From Octopus vulgaris (lineage: Eukaryota): a stretch of 64,000 nt of DNA. A program made the translations under genes and the position numbers. The notes under the pieces are model-generated. The model worked only from the letters and a program-made list of their open reading frames with translations. It was not told the origin of the DNA and did no database searches. This document shows, piece by piece, positions 12,441-24,963 of the stretch (position 1 is the stretch's first letter; every line of letters starts with the position of its first letter). The DNA lies in the NCBI GenBank assembly GCA_951406725.2, contig OX597837.1:34906001-34970000 (forward strand). The letters are read 5' to 3'.

Positions 12441-12708
12441 GCTGTCATTGGAGTATTGGGTTCAGTACCAGCCAACCTGAAGAAACATCTGGAAACTTTA
12501 GAAATATCTGACAGTCTTGGTGTATTGCAAAAATCAGTTTTATTTGGAACTGCATGCATATTACGTAAAGTACTGTCTGTCTGAGGTCCTTGTTATGACT
12601 CGACAGACAGTACATCCCCCACCCCACCAGTGGACACTGTATCTTTGATATACAACATCACAATATTGGATACTGTACGACGTCTTCAATAATAATAATA
12701 ATAATAAT
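12441..12708 (+). mobile_element. R4/Dong-type (RLE) LINE 3' fragment with (AAT)n tail
   Basis: VIGVLGSVPANLKKHLETL..LQKSVLFGTACILRKVLSV* followed by a short 3' UTR and an AAT array. Confidence 0.75.
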
Positions 12709-12927
12709 GCATTTCACCCAGCGTGCTAACGATTCTGCCAGCTCATTGCCTTGAATAATAATAATAATAATAATCTCGTTGTATACAGTGTTCAAGTGCC
12801 TTACAACTTATTGGAAAAGAGTAAAAAATAAAAAGTGAGAAAATGGCAATACATCAAGTAAAGAAAGACACCAATGAAGGGGAGAAGTATGTGCAGAGCA
12901 AACTGAATAAAACTGAAAGGGACAGAA

Positions 12928-14143
12928 AAGGGAAGAGTGAAAAAGGGCCATGAAGAGGAAAGGATGTATAGACATGAGTAGTGTGGGAGAATTTCATAAA
13001 ATATGGAATTTTTGATGGATGCAGAATGCTGACAGCTAACAACTGCCACAGGTAATTTATTTAGCTAAAAACCCTCCTTAAAAAGTGCTTTACAGATAGA
13101 GGTGCAGGTGTGGCTGTGTGGTAAGAAGTTTGCTTCCCAACCACATGGCACCTTAGGCAAGTGTCTTCTACTATACCCAGTCCAGTCTAGGAATTGAACT
13201 CAATACCTCAGCAAAGCCTTGTATATACAAACAGTAAATAATACATTTGCTGATTTGAATAAATCTTGGTCAAGCTAGAATTAACTAACTTAGTAGTTCT
13301 CAGCTGAAGTCCATACAACCTCAATCAAAGTATTTTTGAGTGGATTTGGTAGATAGAAACTGAAAGAAGCCTGACTGTGTGGTAAGAAGCTTGCTCCCTA
13401 CCACATGGTTCCAAGTTCAGTCCCACTGCATGATACCTTGGGAAAGTGTCTTCTAACTATAGCTTTATGAATGGATTTGGTAGACAGAAACTAAAAGAAG
13501 CCTGTTGTATATACATGTGTGTGTGTGTGTGTATGTATGTGTGTGAGTGTGTGTCTGACCCCTTGTCATTACCTGACAACTGATGCTGGTGTGTTTATGC
13601 CCCCATGACTTAGAATAAGTACTAGACTTACAAAGAAAAAGTCCAGGGGTCGAATTCTTCATCTAAAAAACAAACCCTTTAAGGTGGTGCTCCAGCATGG
13701 CTGCAATCAAAATGACCGAAACAAGTAAAGGAATAAAAGAATATATACATCTAAGTGTGTGTGTGTGTGTGTATTTGTGTCTGTGTTTATTCTCCCTCGC
13801 AATCACTTGACAAGTGGTGCTGTTATTTTTTATATCCACTCAAAAATACTTTGATTGATCTAAGGGTATAGTAGAAGACACTTGCCCAAGGTGCTAGCTA
13901 TGTGGTGGGACTGAACCTGGAACCATGTGGTTGGGAAGCAAACTTCTTACCACACAGCCACACCTGCACCTCTATCTGTAAAGCATTTTTAAGGAGGGTT
14001 TTTAGCTAAATAAATTACCTGTGGCAGTTGTTAGCTGTCAGCATTCTGCATCCATCAAAAATTCTATATTTTATGAAATTCTCCAACACTTACTCATGTC
14101 TATACATCCTTTCCTCTTCGTGGCTCTTTTTCACTCTTCCCTT
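12928..14143. repeat. Local inverted duplication, 221 bp arms (12928-13148 and 13923-14143), amid family A SINEs
   Basis: Arms are near-identical reverse complements and include non-SINE flank. Confidence 0.9.
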
Positions 14144-14624
14144 AGTGGTTTGGCAAAAGAGAATGACAGAATAAGTACCAGGCTTTGAAAAAGGAAAATA
14201 GGAATCGGGGTTGATTCATTCGAGGTGGTTTCCCAGCACGGCTGCAATAAGTAAAAGATTAAATGTCAAAGGTTTCAGTCATCAGTCTTGCTCTTTTTAC
14301 TCTCCAAACTAGAACTGACATCACCTTTGATTTTTGTTTTCTTGATTATTGCATGAACATCAAAGTGCCTTGCTCTTCTAATTTGCACTAAATAAAACTT
14401 CTTTTTGAAAATCGCATGTCCCACGCATGCCTTGATTAGAAATCATTAAATGAATGAAAAAGAAATCAATTTGACATAATTTGCAGACTACAAAAAATTT
14501 TTTTGCAAACCGATTTTCTGAATTATATATTTTGGTAGCTCTAATTAAAGTTGATTGTTTTAACAGAGAACTAATCCAGGTATGTCAAAGACAAAATTGT
14601 ATAATTTTCTTATATTTCTTTTTT

Positions 14625-14672
<48 letters not shown>

Positions 14673-14720
14673 ACATGCATGTGTGTTGTAGTTGTGTGTG
14701 TGTGTGTATTTTAGTTAGTT

Positions 14721-15042
14721 CAGTGGCTCTCAACCATTTTTCATTGAAGGAACCCTTTGATTACTATTTTATTCTGGTGAACTCCCATAACCATTTGATG
14801 TTTAAAAACTAGTTTTATAGATACTTCTTCCAAAATTCTTATTTTATTTATTACACATTCACTTGTGTGTAGGCTGAATTATGTAAAACATCAGAGAAAG
14901 AAACCTGGCCATTTCTTGCAATAAAAACATCTAAAGCAAAATTTTTTTCATGGACCCAATTTATTATCTTGCTTGAGTGGAATCCCCCAGATCTTATATG
15001 GATCACAAGGGAGGTTGTATGGACTCCAGCCGAGAACCACTG
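14721..15042. mobile_element. hAT (Buster-type) MITE
   Basis: CAGTGGCTCTC..GAGAACCACTG TIRs; perfect 8 bp TSD AGTTAGTT on both sides. Confidence 0.9.
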
Positions 15043-15124
15043 AGTTAGTTAATTCTAGTTTGACCAAGATTTATGCAAATCAGCAAATGTATTATTTACT
15101 GTTTGTATATACAAGGCTTTGCTG

Positions 15125-15412
15125 AGGAAGTGAGTTCGATTCCTAGACTGGACTGTGTGTTGTGTTCTTGAGCAAGACACTTTATTTCATGTTTGTTCCA
15201 GTTCACTCAGCAGTAGAAATGAGTTGTGACGTCACTGGTACCAAGCTGTATCGGCCCATTGCCTTTCCCTTGGATAACATCAGTGCCATGTAAAGGGGAG
15301 GCCAGTATGCATGGATGACTGCTGGTCTTCCATAAACAACCTTGGCTGGACTTGTGCCTCGGAGGGTAACTTTCTAAGTGCAATCTCATGGTCAGTCATG
15401 ACCAAAGAGAGT
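15125..15412 (+). mobile_element. SINE family D (tail type Y), head truncated
   Basis: GAGTTCGATTCC B-box, CTTGAGCAAGACACTTTATTTCA core; homologous to 59755-60096. Confidence 0.75.
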
Positions 15413-15829
15413 CTTTGCTTTTTGCTTTTTATACAATACTGTGAACGACTGAAAAGGTATTTATAGCAGACAACAAGCAACAATACTTAAATACATTCAC
15501 CTTAAGATTCATACAAACAAAACATAGACTCCTCCATGCCCTCCTACACACACACACACACGACCTGGTGGAGAGAGAGAGAGCTGCACCAGCACAGCAG
15601 CTGTTTGGCACACATTTACAGCCAAAGAGACTGGAGCAATGTAAAATGAAGTGCCTTGCTCAAGGATACAACACACTGCCAGCTCCAGGAATTGAAACTT
15701 ATGGCCTTGCAATTGTAAGCCCAACAACCTAACCACTAGGCCATGTGCTTTCGTGCATACACATACAGAAAAGGAAGTGTATGAATGCTTGATTCAAGTT
15801 GTATGCCACAGTTTTGCAAGAAGGTTAGC

Positions 15830-16060
15830 TGAAATTCGACTCAAAAAAAATGAAAGGCAATGTTGACCTCAAAAAGGGAGAAAAAGTTGACCTCTAAAAG
15901 GATGAATGGAAAAGTCGAACCCTAAAATAATAAAAGTCAAGGTTGACTCTATATGCACAAAAGATGACCAAAAGAATTATAGGCAAAGTTGATTCCAAAA
16001 CCATAAAAGGCAAAACTGACCCCTAAAGAATGGAAGGTAAAGTTGATCCTGCCTAACAGT
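15830..16060. repeat. Degenerate about 25-27 bp minisatellite derived from the SINE B internal motif (GATGAAAGGCAAAGTTGACC)
   Basis: About 8 diverged units of aaaggcaaagttgacc. Confidence 0.65.
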
Positions 16061-17059
16061 GTTCCAACTCAGAATATAAAGGCCCCTAATTCAATTCTCC
16101 ACAATATTTACCATTCACCCATTAACCTTAAAGAATTACAGTTTCTAAAAGAAGCACTGTGCCACACGAGGGGGGGGGTGCATATAATCCCTTATATCAA
16201 TTCTAGTACTTGATTAATACTAAATCTTAACAGCTTCCATCCTACCCTCGAAGGATGAATGAGAAGGTTAATTTTGGAAGGATTTGAACTCAGAATGAAA
16301 AGGGATAAAGGAATGCAGTTTAATAAGGGAAGGAATGCAGTTTAACCCTCTACCAATTCTTGCCATCCACAACCACTACTCTGAAAAGAATTACTCTCTT
16401 ACTTGTTTCAGTCATTTGTCTGCGGCCATACTGGAGCACCGCCTTTAATCGAGCAACTCGACCCCAGGACTTATTCTTTTTTGTAAGCCCAGTACTTATT
16501 CTATCGGTCTCTTTTGCCAAACCGCTAAGTAATTAGGGAGTTTAGTTAACAGACACAAGGACACAACTACAAATTTGGAAGAAGAGATGAGTTTTAAACT
16601 ATTTATATCGATCCAAGCATCTGACTGAAAGAACGGAACAGAAAAACCTAGACCCCGAAAGAAAAACAGCCAAGGGATAAAAACCAACAGACACAGATTT
16701 GAACTCACAATGTAGAAGACTACTGCTAAATAGCAAGAGTCGTTTTGTTCTACAACATCTTAGCAATTCTTACCATTTGTCCCACCCATCTTCACTACTG
16801 CCGCCCTTCAAAGAATTTTAATTGTAAACTGAATGTTAAACAAGCATATATGGAATAATGTGTAAATATAAATGAATTGATAGATGAATCCATCTAAATA
16901 TAGATATGGAAGGATTCTATTTAGAGGAAGATATAAAATAGAATATATATACATAGCTAACAAAATTGCATATATAGTCTACAGCTGGAACAGCAACAGT
17001 AGCACTGCACTGGTGAAGACAGCAACAACCACGGTGGTTATATAATGAGAGTGATTGTA

Positions 17060-17455
17060 GTGGTGGTCATGGTAGGTGGTTGTGGTGGTGGTGGTGAGGA
17101 TAATGATAATGCTGGTGGTGTTGATAGATGGTAGTAGTGATGGTGGTGATAGGTGGAAATAGTGATAGATGGCAGTGTGGGAGGTGGTGATAGTGATGGT
17201 GGTGGTAGATGACAGTGGTGGTATTACTAGATGATTGTGGAATGGTGGTGGTGATGATGGTGATAGGTGGTATGGTGGTGATTGTGGTGGAGGTGGTGAT
17301 GGCAGTGGTGGTAATGGTGGTATTGGAGGTGATAATGCTAATAGTGGTTGGTGTTGCTAGGACTGCTAGTGGTAGTGGTGGTGGTGTGGTGGTTGGTAGT
17401 GACATGATGATGATGGTATTAACATTAATGGTGGTGATGGTGGTGGTGGTGTTGA
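17060..17455. repeat. Degenerate (GGT/GAT)n low-complexity tract
   Basis: Seen directly. Confidence 0.9.
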
Positions 17456-18499
17456 AATTGCTGTTTAACCCAAAGACCATGATCAAACAAGCATATGAAC
17501 AAAGAACATTCCAGCCAAGGGTCATCGTGTCATTTTTAGGGATACCTGGGACGTTATTACCTTAAGTTTCCTTACTTTCTTTTTAAAGAGTGATTTGTGA
17601 TCTGAGGAAGATTTGGCTGTTATTTCTAGCAAGGCAAGCAACTAAAATAGCAGCTCCCTCAATGCCTTGTTATTGCTTAGTCCCCACCCTTAAGCAACCC
17701 CAAAAGAGCAGATCTACGATGAAAGGCCTAACTATAAATACATATCCCATTTTTTTAGGGATGTTATGCTTAAGGCTACATAGGCAAGTATATATTTTCT
17801 CTTCCAAAAAAAACGGTACAATTCAAGGAAGGTTTAGCTACTGTTTTTGGCAAGTCTGGCTACCATGTAGAGGCTCTCACATTGGCTGGACATAGTGATG
17901 ACGACAGTGATGGTGACAATAATGGTGATGACACAAGCAGTAGCAGTTATCACGTAGTTTTTTTTTAACCTCTGTTTAGCTCGGTATAAGACAGCCAACG
18001 ATCAACAGGTATCCAAACAGTGATCCCTCAATCTTTCCTTTAAAGTTATAATGTATCCAGGATCGCATTGCCCTTAACATATACATCTCCTTATCTTTTT
18101 TAAGGCAGTAGAGTGTAATTTGAGAGATACGTTAGCTGTTATTTCTAGCAGGTTGAATGATCACGCAGAAACTCCCTTGTTGTATGGTGGTGTTGATGGT
18201 GGAGCCAATAGTTGTAGAAATGGCAGTAGGGACAGTAGTAGGGAAGTGGTAAAGCTGATGAAAATTCTAACAGTGGTAGAGTGAACGGTGGTGGTCGTGG
18301 TGGTGGTCGTGGTAATGACAGTGTAACAGAGGGGATGGTAGGGACACCAGCACTAGTATCAGTGGTGGTTGTGGTGGCAATGATGATGATGATGATCATC
18401 ATCATCATCATAACAATAGCGGTGAAGGCAAAGCTGGTGGTGTTGAAGACGTAGTGGCAATGGTTGTAGTAGCAGTGACGGAAACACTACCATCACCAC

Positions 18500-18832
18500 C
18501 TCTACAGACACCACCACCACCACCACCACCATCATCATCATCACCACCACCACCACCAACACCACCACCACCACCATCAAGATCAGCACTAGTCACAACA
18601 GCAGCAGGAACAATAACCACCATCACCACCACCACCACCACCACCACCACCACCACCACCACCACCACCACCACCACCACCACCACCACCACCACCACCA
18701 CCACCACCATCAAGATCAGCACTAGTCACAACAGCAGCAGGAACAATAACCACCATCACCACCACCACCACCACCACTACCATCAACAGCAGTAACACAA
18801 CCAGCTGCAGCAACAGCAGCAGCAGCAGCAGT
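18500..18832. repeat. (ACC)n/(CAG)n tract containing an about 130 bp tandem duplication
   Basis: catcaagatcagcactagtcacaacagcagcaggaacaataac occurs twice (about 18574 and 18708). Confidence 0.9.
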
Positions 18833-19087
18833 CTCTTACCTGAGCTATTCAAAGACTAGTTGCCTGGCTGGAGTGAAGAATATTTAGAATTTATAACCGC
18901 AGCCATCATCTGTTTGTTTGCTTGTTTGTTTTTTCATTCTTTTATTGATTCTTTTTCGCTACAATCCTATGTAGCTTTCCAAAGTCAGGAATTCGGAGTT
19001 CTCTTCTTAACCTTTGTCCACCCACACACACACTACCACCACCACACATACATACACATGTAAGTGAATATATATATATATATATAC

Positions 19088-19141
<54 letters not shown>

Positions 19142-19150
19142 GTATGTATA

Positions 19151-19195
<45 letters not shown>

Positions 19196-19365
19196 GTGTG
19201 TGTGTTTGTGTGTTCAAGTACACACACGCATACATACATACATTCAGTCGCACACACAAATACACTTACATCTACAAAAACATACATTCACTCACAAATA
19301 AGTACATACACTCACACCTGCATATACACTCACCCAGACACATTCATACATGTACATACGAACGA

Positions 19366-19396
<31 letters not shown>

Positions 19397-19481
19397 CACA
19401 TAAAAATATTCATGTAAATACATATACACATACATTTAAAAAAATATTTACACACCCTCACACACATACATGTACATACAG

Positions 19482-19522
<41 letters not shown>

Positions 19523-19796
19523 TAAACAAATATAGGCATATTCACACACTCACGCATACATATACATTCATGCAACTACACACATACAAACACATACACA
19601 CAAGCAAAAACTCAATCTAAACTTAGAAGTGACCGAATTTGTCATAAACCAATTCCATCATAAATTCAATCTTAGCAGAAATTCTAAAATCACTCGGAGA
19701 AAAGGGAGGGGGATTTAAACGATAATTTCTCAAGGGCAAAATTATAATACACAGGCATACACACACACACGTGTGTGCATACATACATACATACAT

Positions 19797-20122
19797 AAAA
19801 AGACTCCGCCGGTTACGACGACGAGGGTCCCAGCTGATACGATCAACGGAACAGCTTGCTCGTGAAATTAACGTGCAAATGGCTGAGCATTCCACAGACA
19901 CGTGTACCCTTAACGTAGTTCTCGGGGAAAATCAGCGTGACACAGAGAGTGACAAGGCTGACCCTTTGAAATACAAGCACAACTCATTTTTGCCAGCTGA
20001 GTGGACTGGAGCAATGTGAAATAAAGTGTCTTGCTCAAGGACACAACACGTCGCCGGGAATCGAACTCACAACCTTACGATCATGAGCCGAATGCCCTAA
20101 CCACTAAGCCACGCGCCCTCAC
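19797..20122 (-). mobile_element. SINE family D (tail type X), full length, CpG-rich and young
   Basis: Minus strand GGCGCGTGGCTTAGTGG (A box)..GAGTTCGATTCC (B box); inserted in (ATAC)n. Confidence 0.85.
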
Positions 20123-20163
20123 CATACATACATACATACATACATACATACATACATACATAC

Positions 20164-20358
20164 ATTAAAAATGGAGAAGGCTGGTTTATGGGATTGCCCA
20201 GGGTTTAGAGGTCTTAGGCCAACAGGTTTTGGGGTCCGATGATACGTCATAAAGCTAAACCCTTTATGGAAGGGGAAACCCAGGGTAATTACATAAACCG
20301 GCCTTCCCCATTTTTAATATACACTGCTCTATATCTTAGAGTGTTTTCTACAAATGAT
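20164..20358 (+). mobile_element. Fold-back element with degenerate HHR (20233-20290)
   Basis: Inverted arms 20164-20203 and 20276-20318; ggt-CCGATGA-..cataaag/ctttatg..-GAAA-CCCAGGG-TA-att; between microsatellites. Confidence 0.6.
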
Positions 20359-20360
20359 AT

Positions 20361-20410
<50 letters not shown>

Positions 20411-20412
<2 letters not shown>

Positions 20413-20803
20413 CTTATAAAAATGGGCTAAAGAAAATTATTTCAATGCCAATATACTGATAACAGACTTTTAAATCGTCAATTTCCACATATTATTTACT
20501 CGCTACAGAAAAAAGCACAAAGAACTGAAGTCGGGGAAGCTGGCCGATAGAATTTTTTTTAAAAAGTTCGTTATTTCTATATTGAATCAATTTCGGAATT
20601 AATCTCATAAAAGATTCTTTCCTCTTCAGTAGAACATACGAAAGGTTATAAATAAGATACTTACATGCACCCATGGAAAAAAGCCGAAGCAAAAATCATG
20701 AGTACATATAAGTATCCCTGATATATCTAAAAATAAAATTCTTTGGTCAGCCTCAGCACCACGTGTTGACTGTTCTCCACTACAGGTTATAGTGGTTACC
20801 AGT

Positions 20804-20806
<3 letters not shown>
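20411..20806 (-). mobile_element. HHR-bearing non-coding element inserted in (TA)n
   Basis: About 395 bp of unique-looking sequence bounded by pure TA tracts on both sides; contains an intact HHR. Confidence 0.7.
20575..20634 (-). ncRNA. Type I hammerhead ribozyme, fully canonical
   Basis: ttcta-CTGAAGA-ggaa(ag)aatct..agatt(aa)ttcc-GAAA-TTGATTCAA-TA-tagaa; all three stems pair, G10.1-C11.1 intact, AUA site. Confidence 0.9.
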
Positions 20807-20864
<58 letters not shown>

Positions 20865-21972
20865 GCAAACAAACATCTATACACAAAAATACAAACGAAG
20901 TAATCAACTAGAGCTAATGTGATTGCATTTTGTAAATATGCAACCAGGACAAGAAATGACCTCAGGTTACACATTCATTTATCATCATTTAATGTCTGCT
21001 TTCCATGCTGGGTTTGATGGTTTGAGAGGAACCAACAAGCTGCAGGGCTGTGTTAGGCCCCAATGTCATCTTAAAGCTGGATGCCATTCCAAGACACCAA
21101 CCACTTTAGATTTGTGTCACCAACACTAGTGAGGTTGCCATATAACTTGCAAGATAAGAAAGAATAAGGAAAAAGGTGAAGGAAAAACCTTCCACTACTA
21201 AGTGGAATTATTTGAGAGGAGGAGGTGGAGGTGGGTACCTTTATGCCAGGTGCTGAAGGGCTAAAGTATGAGAGAGGAACAAGCATGGGTGTCTTGCTAT
21301 AGAGGGGACAGATGACTGAAGGAGACACAGGAAAGGTAATGATGGGGTGCTAGAACAAACTCTTAAGGCGCAAGAAGGTGAGCTTAACAGAGGATGTATA
21401 TATGGACAGTGGGTGATAGGAGGGGATGGCAGTGTGAATGCTTTCATAAGAGTGTGAGGAGGGAATAAACAGGTAGAGGTTAATGTAGTTAGGGATGAAC
21501 AAAGATGAGGGTGCAGATGATGAGAAATACCAGGATGTAGAGGGGTAAGGTGGGAGGTATAGGAGTGACTCAGGAAGGAAGAGAGACCAGAAATTAGTGG
21601 GATGATGTGCAAAGTACAGGAGCAGTGGAGAGGGAGATAAAGGGTTACATAAGGGGGCTATAGCATGTGGGGCATGATGGTAGGTATGAGAGGGCATTGA
21701 GAGTGATAGTAGAGGGGTGTTCAGTAAGGAGTATAACAGAAGGGAGAGAGAGTAGTGGCTGAAGGTAAAAAGGCACAGAAAGGAAGTGATTGGTAGAAAT
21801 AGTTTGAGCAAGGATGCTGAGGAAAGGAAGGAGTTCTAGAGGTGGGATAACTGTTAGGAGAAGATGGGATATATGCCAATTCTGCTCTCTTTCTTCCTAT
21901 ATATCTATACACACACACACATATAAATTATATATAATGTGTGTGTGTGTGTGTGTGTTTGTGTGTGTATGA

Positions 21973-22088
<116 letters not shown>

Positions 22089-22111
22089 CTTATTTGAAGG
22101 GCACAATACAA

Positions 22112-22164
22112 GTGCTACAAGTAGTTTCAAATGTTGAGAGAACCCAAACATATTCTTCAGGTAC
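22112..22164 (-). ncRNA. Type I hammerhead motif (left arm)
   Basis: gtac-CTGAAGA-atatgtttggg..ctcaacattt-GAAA-CTACTTG-TA-gcac. Confidence 0.7.
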
Positions 22165-22198
22165 AAAACACATATCATAGCGTTATGATATATGGTTT

Positions 22199-22251
22199 GT
22201 GCCTGAAGAATATGTTTGAGTTTTCTCAACATCTGAAACTATTTGTAGCAC
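22199..22251 (+). ncRNA. Type I hammerhead ribozyme (right arm)
   Basis: gtgc-CTGAAGA-atatgtttgag(tttt)ctcaacatct-GAAA-CTATTTG-TA-gcac; predicted cleavage after 22247. Confidence 0.8.
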
Positions 22252-22356
22252 TTTAATACATGTATTGTATTCTTTTAAATAAATCATATTTATCTCTCAC
22301 CTGATGGAGTACTTTTTTTGTTGAACATTCTATCACAGAACAGTTTATTTTTTATT

Positions 22357-22427
<71 letters not shown>

Positions 22428-22433
<6 letters not shown>

Positions 22434-22706
22434 CAATGGCCTAGTGGTAAGGGCAGCGGACTCGCGGTCGCAGGATCGTGGTTTCGATTCCCAGACCGGG
22501 CGTTGTGAGTGTTTATTGAGCGAAAACACCTAAAAGCTCCACGAGGCTCCAGCAGGGGGTGGTGATCCCTGCTGTACTCTTTCACCACTCTTTCTTCTGT
22601 TGGTCTGCTCGCTTAGCCAGCGGGGTGGCGTCATTCGAAGGCTAAAACAATGCGAACGCATTGTGACCAAAGATGTGTAACATCTGATGGTCACGTGATC
22701 ACGTGA
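22428..22706 (+). mobile_element. SINE family C (tail type Z), tRNA-derived head
   Basis: GGCGCAATGGCCTAGTGG A box, GGTTTCGATTCC B box; sister copy at 43600-43912. Confidence 0.85.
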
Positions 22707-23194
22707 TATATATATATATATATATACATATATAAAGTATGTGGGTGTATATATCATCATCATTATTTTCCTTGCTGGCATAGGTTGGATAGTTTGACAG
22801 GATCTAGTGAACCACAGGGCTGTGCCAAGCTCCAGTGCCAAGCTTTGGCATTGCTTCAACAGTTGGATGTCCTTCCTAATGCCAACCACTTTACAGCATG
22901 TATTGGGTGCTTTTTACATGTCATTGTCGCAAGTGAGGTCTACAAGTAACTTGTAAAACAGGAAAGGGACTGAGAAAACACCCCCTTGACTAAGCGTAGG
23001 GAATATTTGAGAGAGGGAAGTAGTTTTATGACTGGTGTTGAGAGGCTAAAGCATGATAAAGGGACAAGCACAGGTGTGCTGCTATACAGGAGATACATGG
23101 CTATCCCTCATCTGTATTGTATAGGAGTAGGTGGGAACAGCTGGGAGTGATGGGGTACCAAAGCAAATTCTCAATGAACAAGAAAGTGAGCATA

Positions 23195-23560
23195 ATGGTT
23201 CTGGGTTCAGTCCCACTGCATGGCACCTTGGGCAAATGTCTTCTACTATAGCCTCAGGTCGACCAAAGCCTTGTGAGTGGATTTGGTAGACGGAAACTGA
23301 AAGAAGCCTGTCGTATATATGTATATATATATATATATATATGCGTGTGTGTGTTTGTGTGTCTGTGTTTGTCCCCCTAGCATTGCTTGACAACCGATGC
23401 TGGTGTGTTTATGTCCCCGTAACATAGCGGTTCGGCAAAAGAGACCGATAGAATAAGTAATGGGCTTACAAAAGAATAAGTCCCGGGGTCGAGTTGCTCG
23501 ATTAAAGGCGGTGCTCCAGCATGGCCGCAGTCAAATGACTGAAACAAGTAAAAGAGTAAA
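23195..23560 (+). mobile_element. SINE family A (CORE-like, central microsatellite)
   Basis: CCTTGGGCAAATGTCTTCT core, (TA)(TG) middle, GACTGAAACAAGTAAAAG end. Confidence 0.85.
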
Positions 23561-24421
23561 AAAGTATAAGAGAAGATATAGACAGTGGTTCAAGCATGGG
23601 GAAGGAAAGGATGAATAGTTTCATTAGAGTATTGGGGATGAGTAGGAGGTGGTTAGAGATCGGGGTAGAAGTGAATGCGATCATGTGACTGACCAGAGTA
23701 TCAGATACAGCTACACATCACTTATCATCAAATTGTGCTTTGCATTGTTTTTGCTTTTGAATGATGCCACCTCACTGGCTATGTGAACAGGCCATCATCC
23801 CACCCGATTGGAAGGCTAGTTTGTCACAGGGTGACCCTTTTACAGCTGAGTGGACTGCAGCAACACGAAATGAAGTGTTCTCCTCAGAAACACAATGTAT
23901 CACCTGGTCTGGGAAATGAACCCACAATCTAGTGATCATGAGAGCAACACCTTAACCACTAGGTCATGTGGCTTCTGAGGTGAATGTAGTGAGTGATAAA
24001 CAAGGCGTGTGTGGTTGATAGGAAATATCAACATGGAGAGGAGGTAAGGTATTGTATGCTTTTTATGTATGAAAATAAATATTATTTACTTTATTAAATC
24101 ATTCATTTATCAGAAAAAAATTAACATGGATTTAAAATGGGTTAAAACCACAATATATGAAAACATAAAGACAGCATGCAACTAATCACTACTGTTGTAC
24201 ATGAGTCATAGGTTTGTATTTGAATGAACACTCAATAAACAAATTTTAAATCAAACTTTTACTTTCTTAAGAACACAGAAATTTGAAGAAAAAAAACGGC
24301 CATGAATACCATAGTGGAAAATATTCATGAAAACTTGACTTGGAAATTAAATAAAATTTTAAAATCTGGGACATTTCACTGTCTTAAAACATTCTTTTAG
24401 GACACTAGAAGTATTGTTTAA

Positions 24422-24642
24422 CCCTTTCGTTACTGTATTTATTTTGAGATGCTCTGTGTTTCTTTCAATTACTTTAAATATAACAAAGAATTTAGTAAAA
24501 TAACTTAGTTTTCATTCACCTAGTGTTAGGAACATAAATTGTGACTAAGGTTTGGTGGAAGATTTTAATTCAAAACTTATGAAAACAAGACATTTGTACT
24601 ACAGAGCCAGAGCCAGTTTCAGCCGGGTTGGTAACGAAAGGG
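24422..24642. mobile_element. piggyBac-type MITE (221 bp)
   Basis: TTAA|CCCTTTCGTTAC..GTAACGAAAGGG|TTAA; copies at 42357 and 44685. Confidence 0.9.
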
Positions 24643-24745
24643 TTAAAAGTTGGTATGAAACCTAGAAAAGCAGGATGTCTAGACACCCTAACTAGAGCCA
24701 ATGTGTTGTGCTCTTAAGTAAAAAAAACACCTTATTCTACTTTAA

Positions 24746-24963
24746 CCCTTTGTCGGTCCAAAGCATTTTCATATGTTTGTCCTAAATGCCCCTGCTTGCT
24801 TTCAGATTGTTAGTCACCCTTTGTTTCATACATTCTGAACAATAAAAAAAAAGGGGTTTTTTTCCCAAGTCCCAAATTGCTCTGGTAATTGAAAAAATTG
24901 GGAATGGACACCAGGAAAATATATCCTGTGTATCACATGTGATACACAAGACAGGCAAAGGGG
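24746..24963. mobile_element. piggyBac-type MITE, second family
   Basis: TTAA|CCCTTTGTCGGT..ACAGGCAAAGGGG|TTAA. Confidence 0.7.

Noticed and set aside
17067-18852. Mucin-like Thr/Pro and poly-Val/Gly ORFs
   Set aside because: Degenerate trinucleotide tracts, open on both strands
21241-21918. 120-150 aa Pro/Ser/Leu-rich minus-strand ORFs
   Set aside because: Purine-skewed decayed repeat, partly repeated at 23025-23190; no recognisable domain
22428-22502. tRNA-like sequences (also about 20050-20120, 40483, 43600 and 60020-60095)
   Set aside because: A and B boxes continue straight into multicopy SINE bodies; these are tRNA-derived heads, not tRNA genes
23515-23560. SINE A 3' end agtc-aaat-gact-GAAA-CAAG-TA resembling the 3' half of a hammerhead
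   Set aside because: No CUGANGA-like core or stem I upstream in any copy; more likely a LINE-recognition stem-loop
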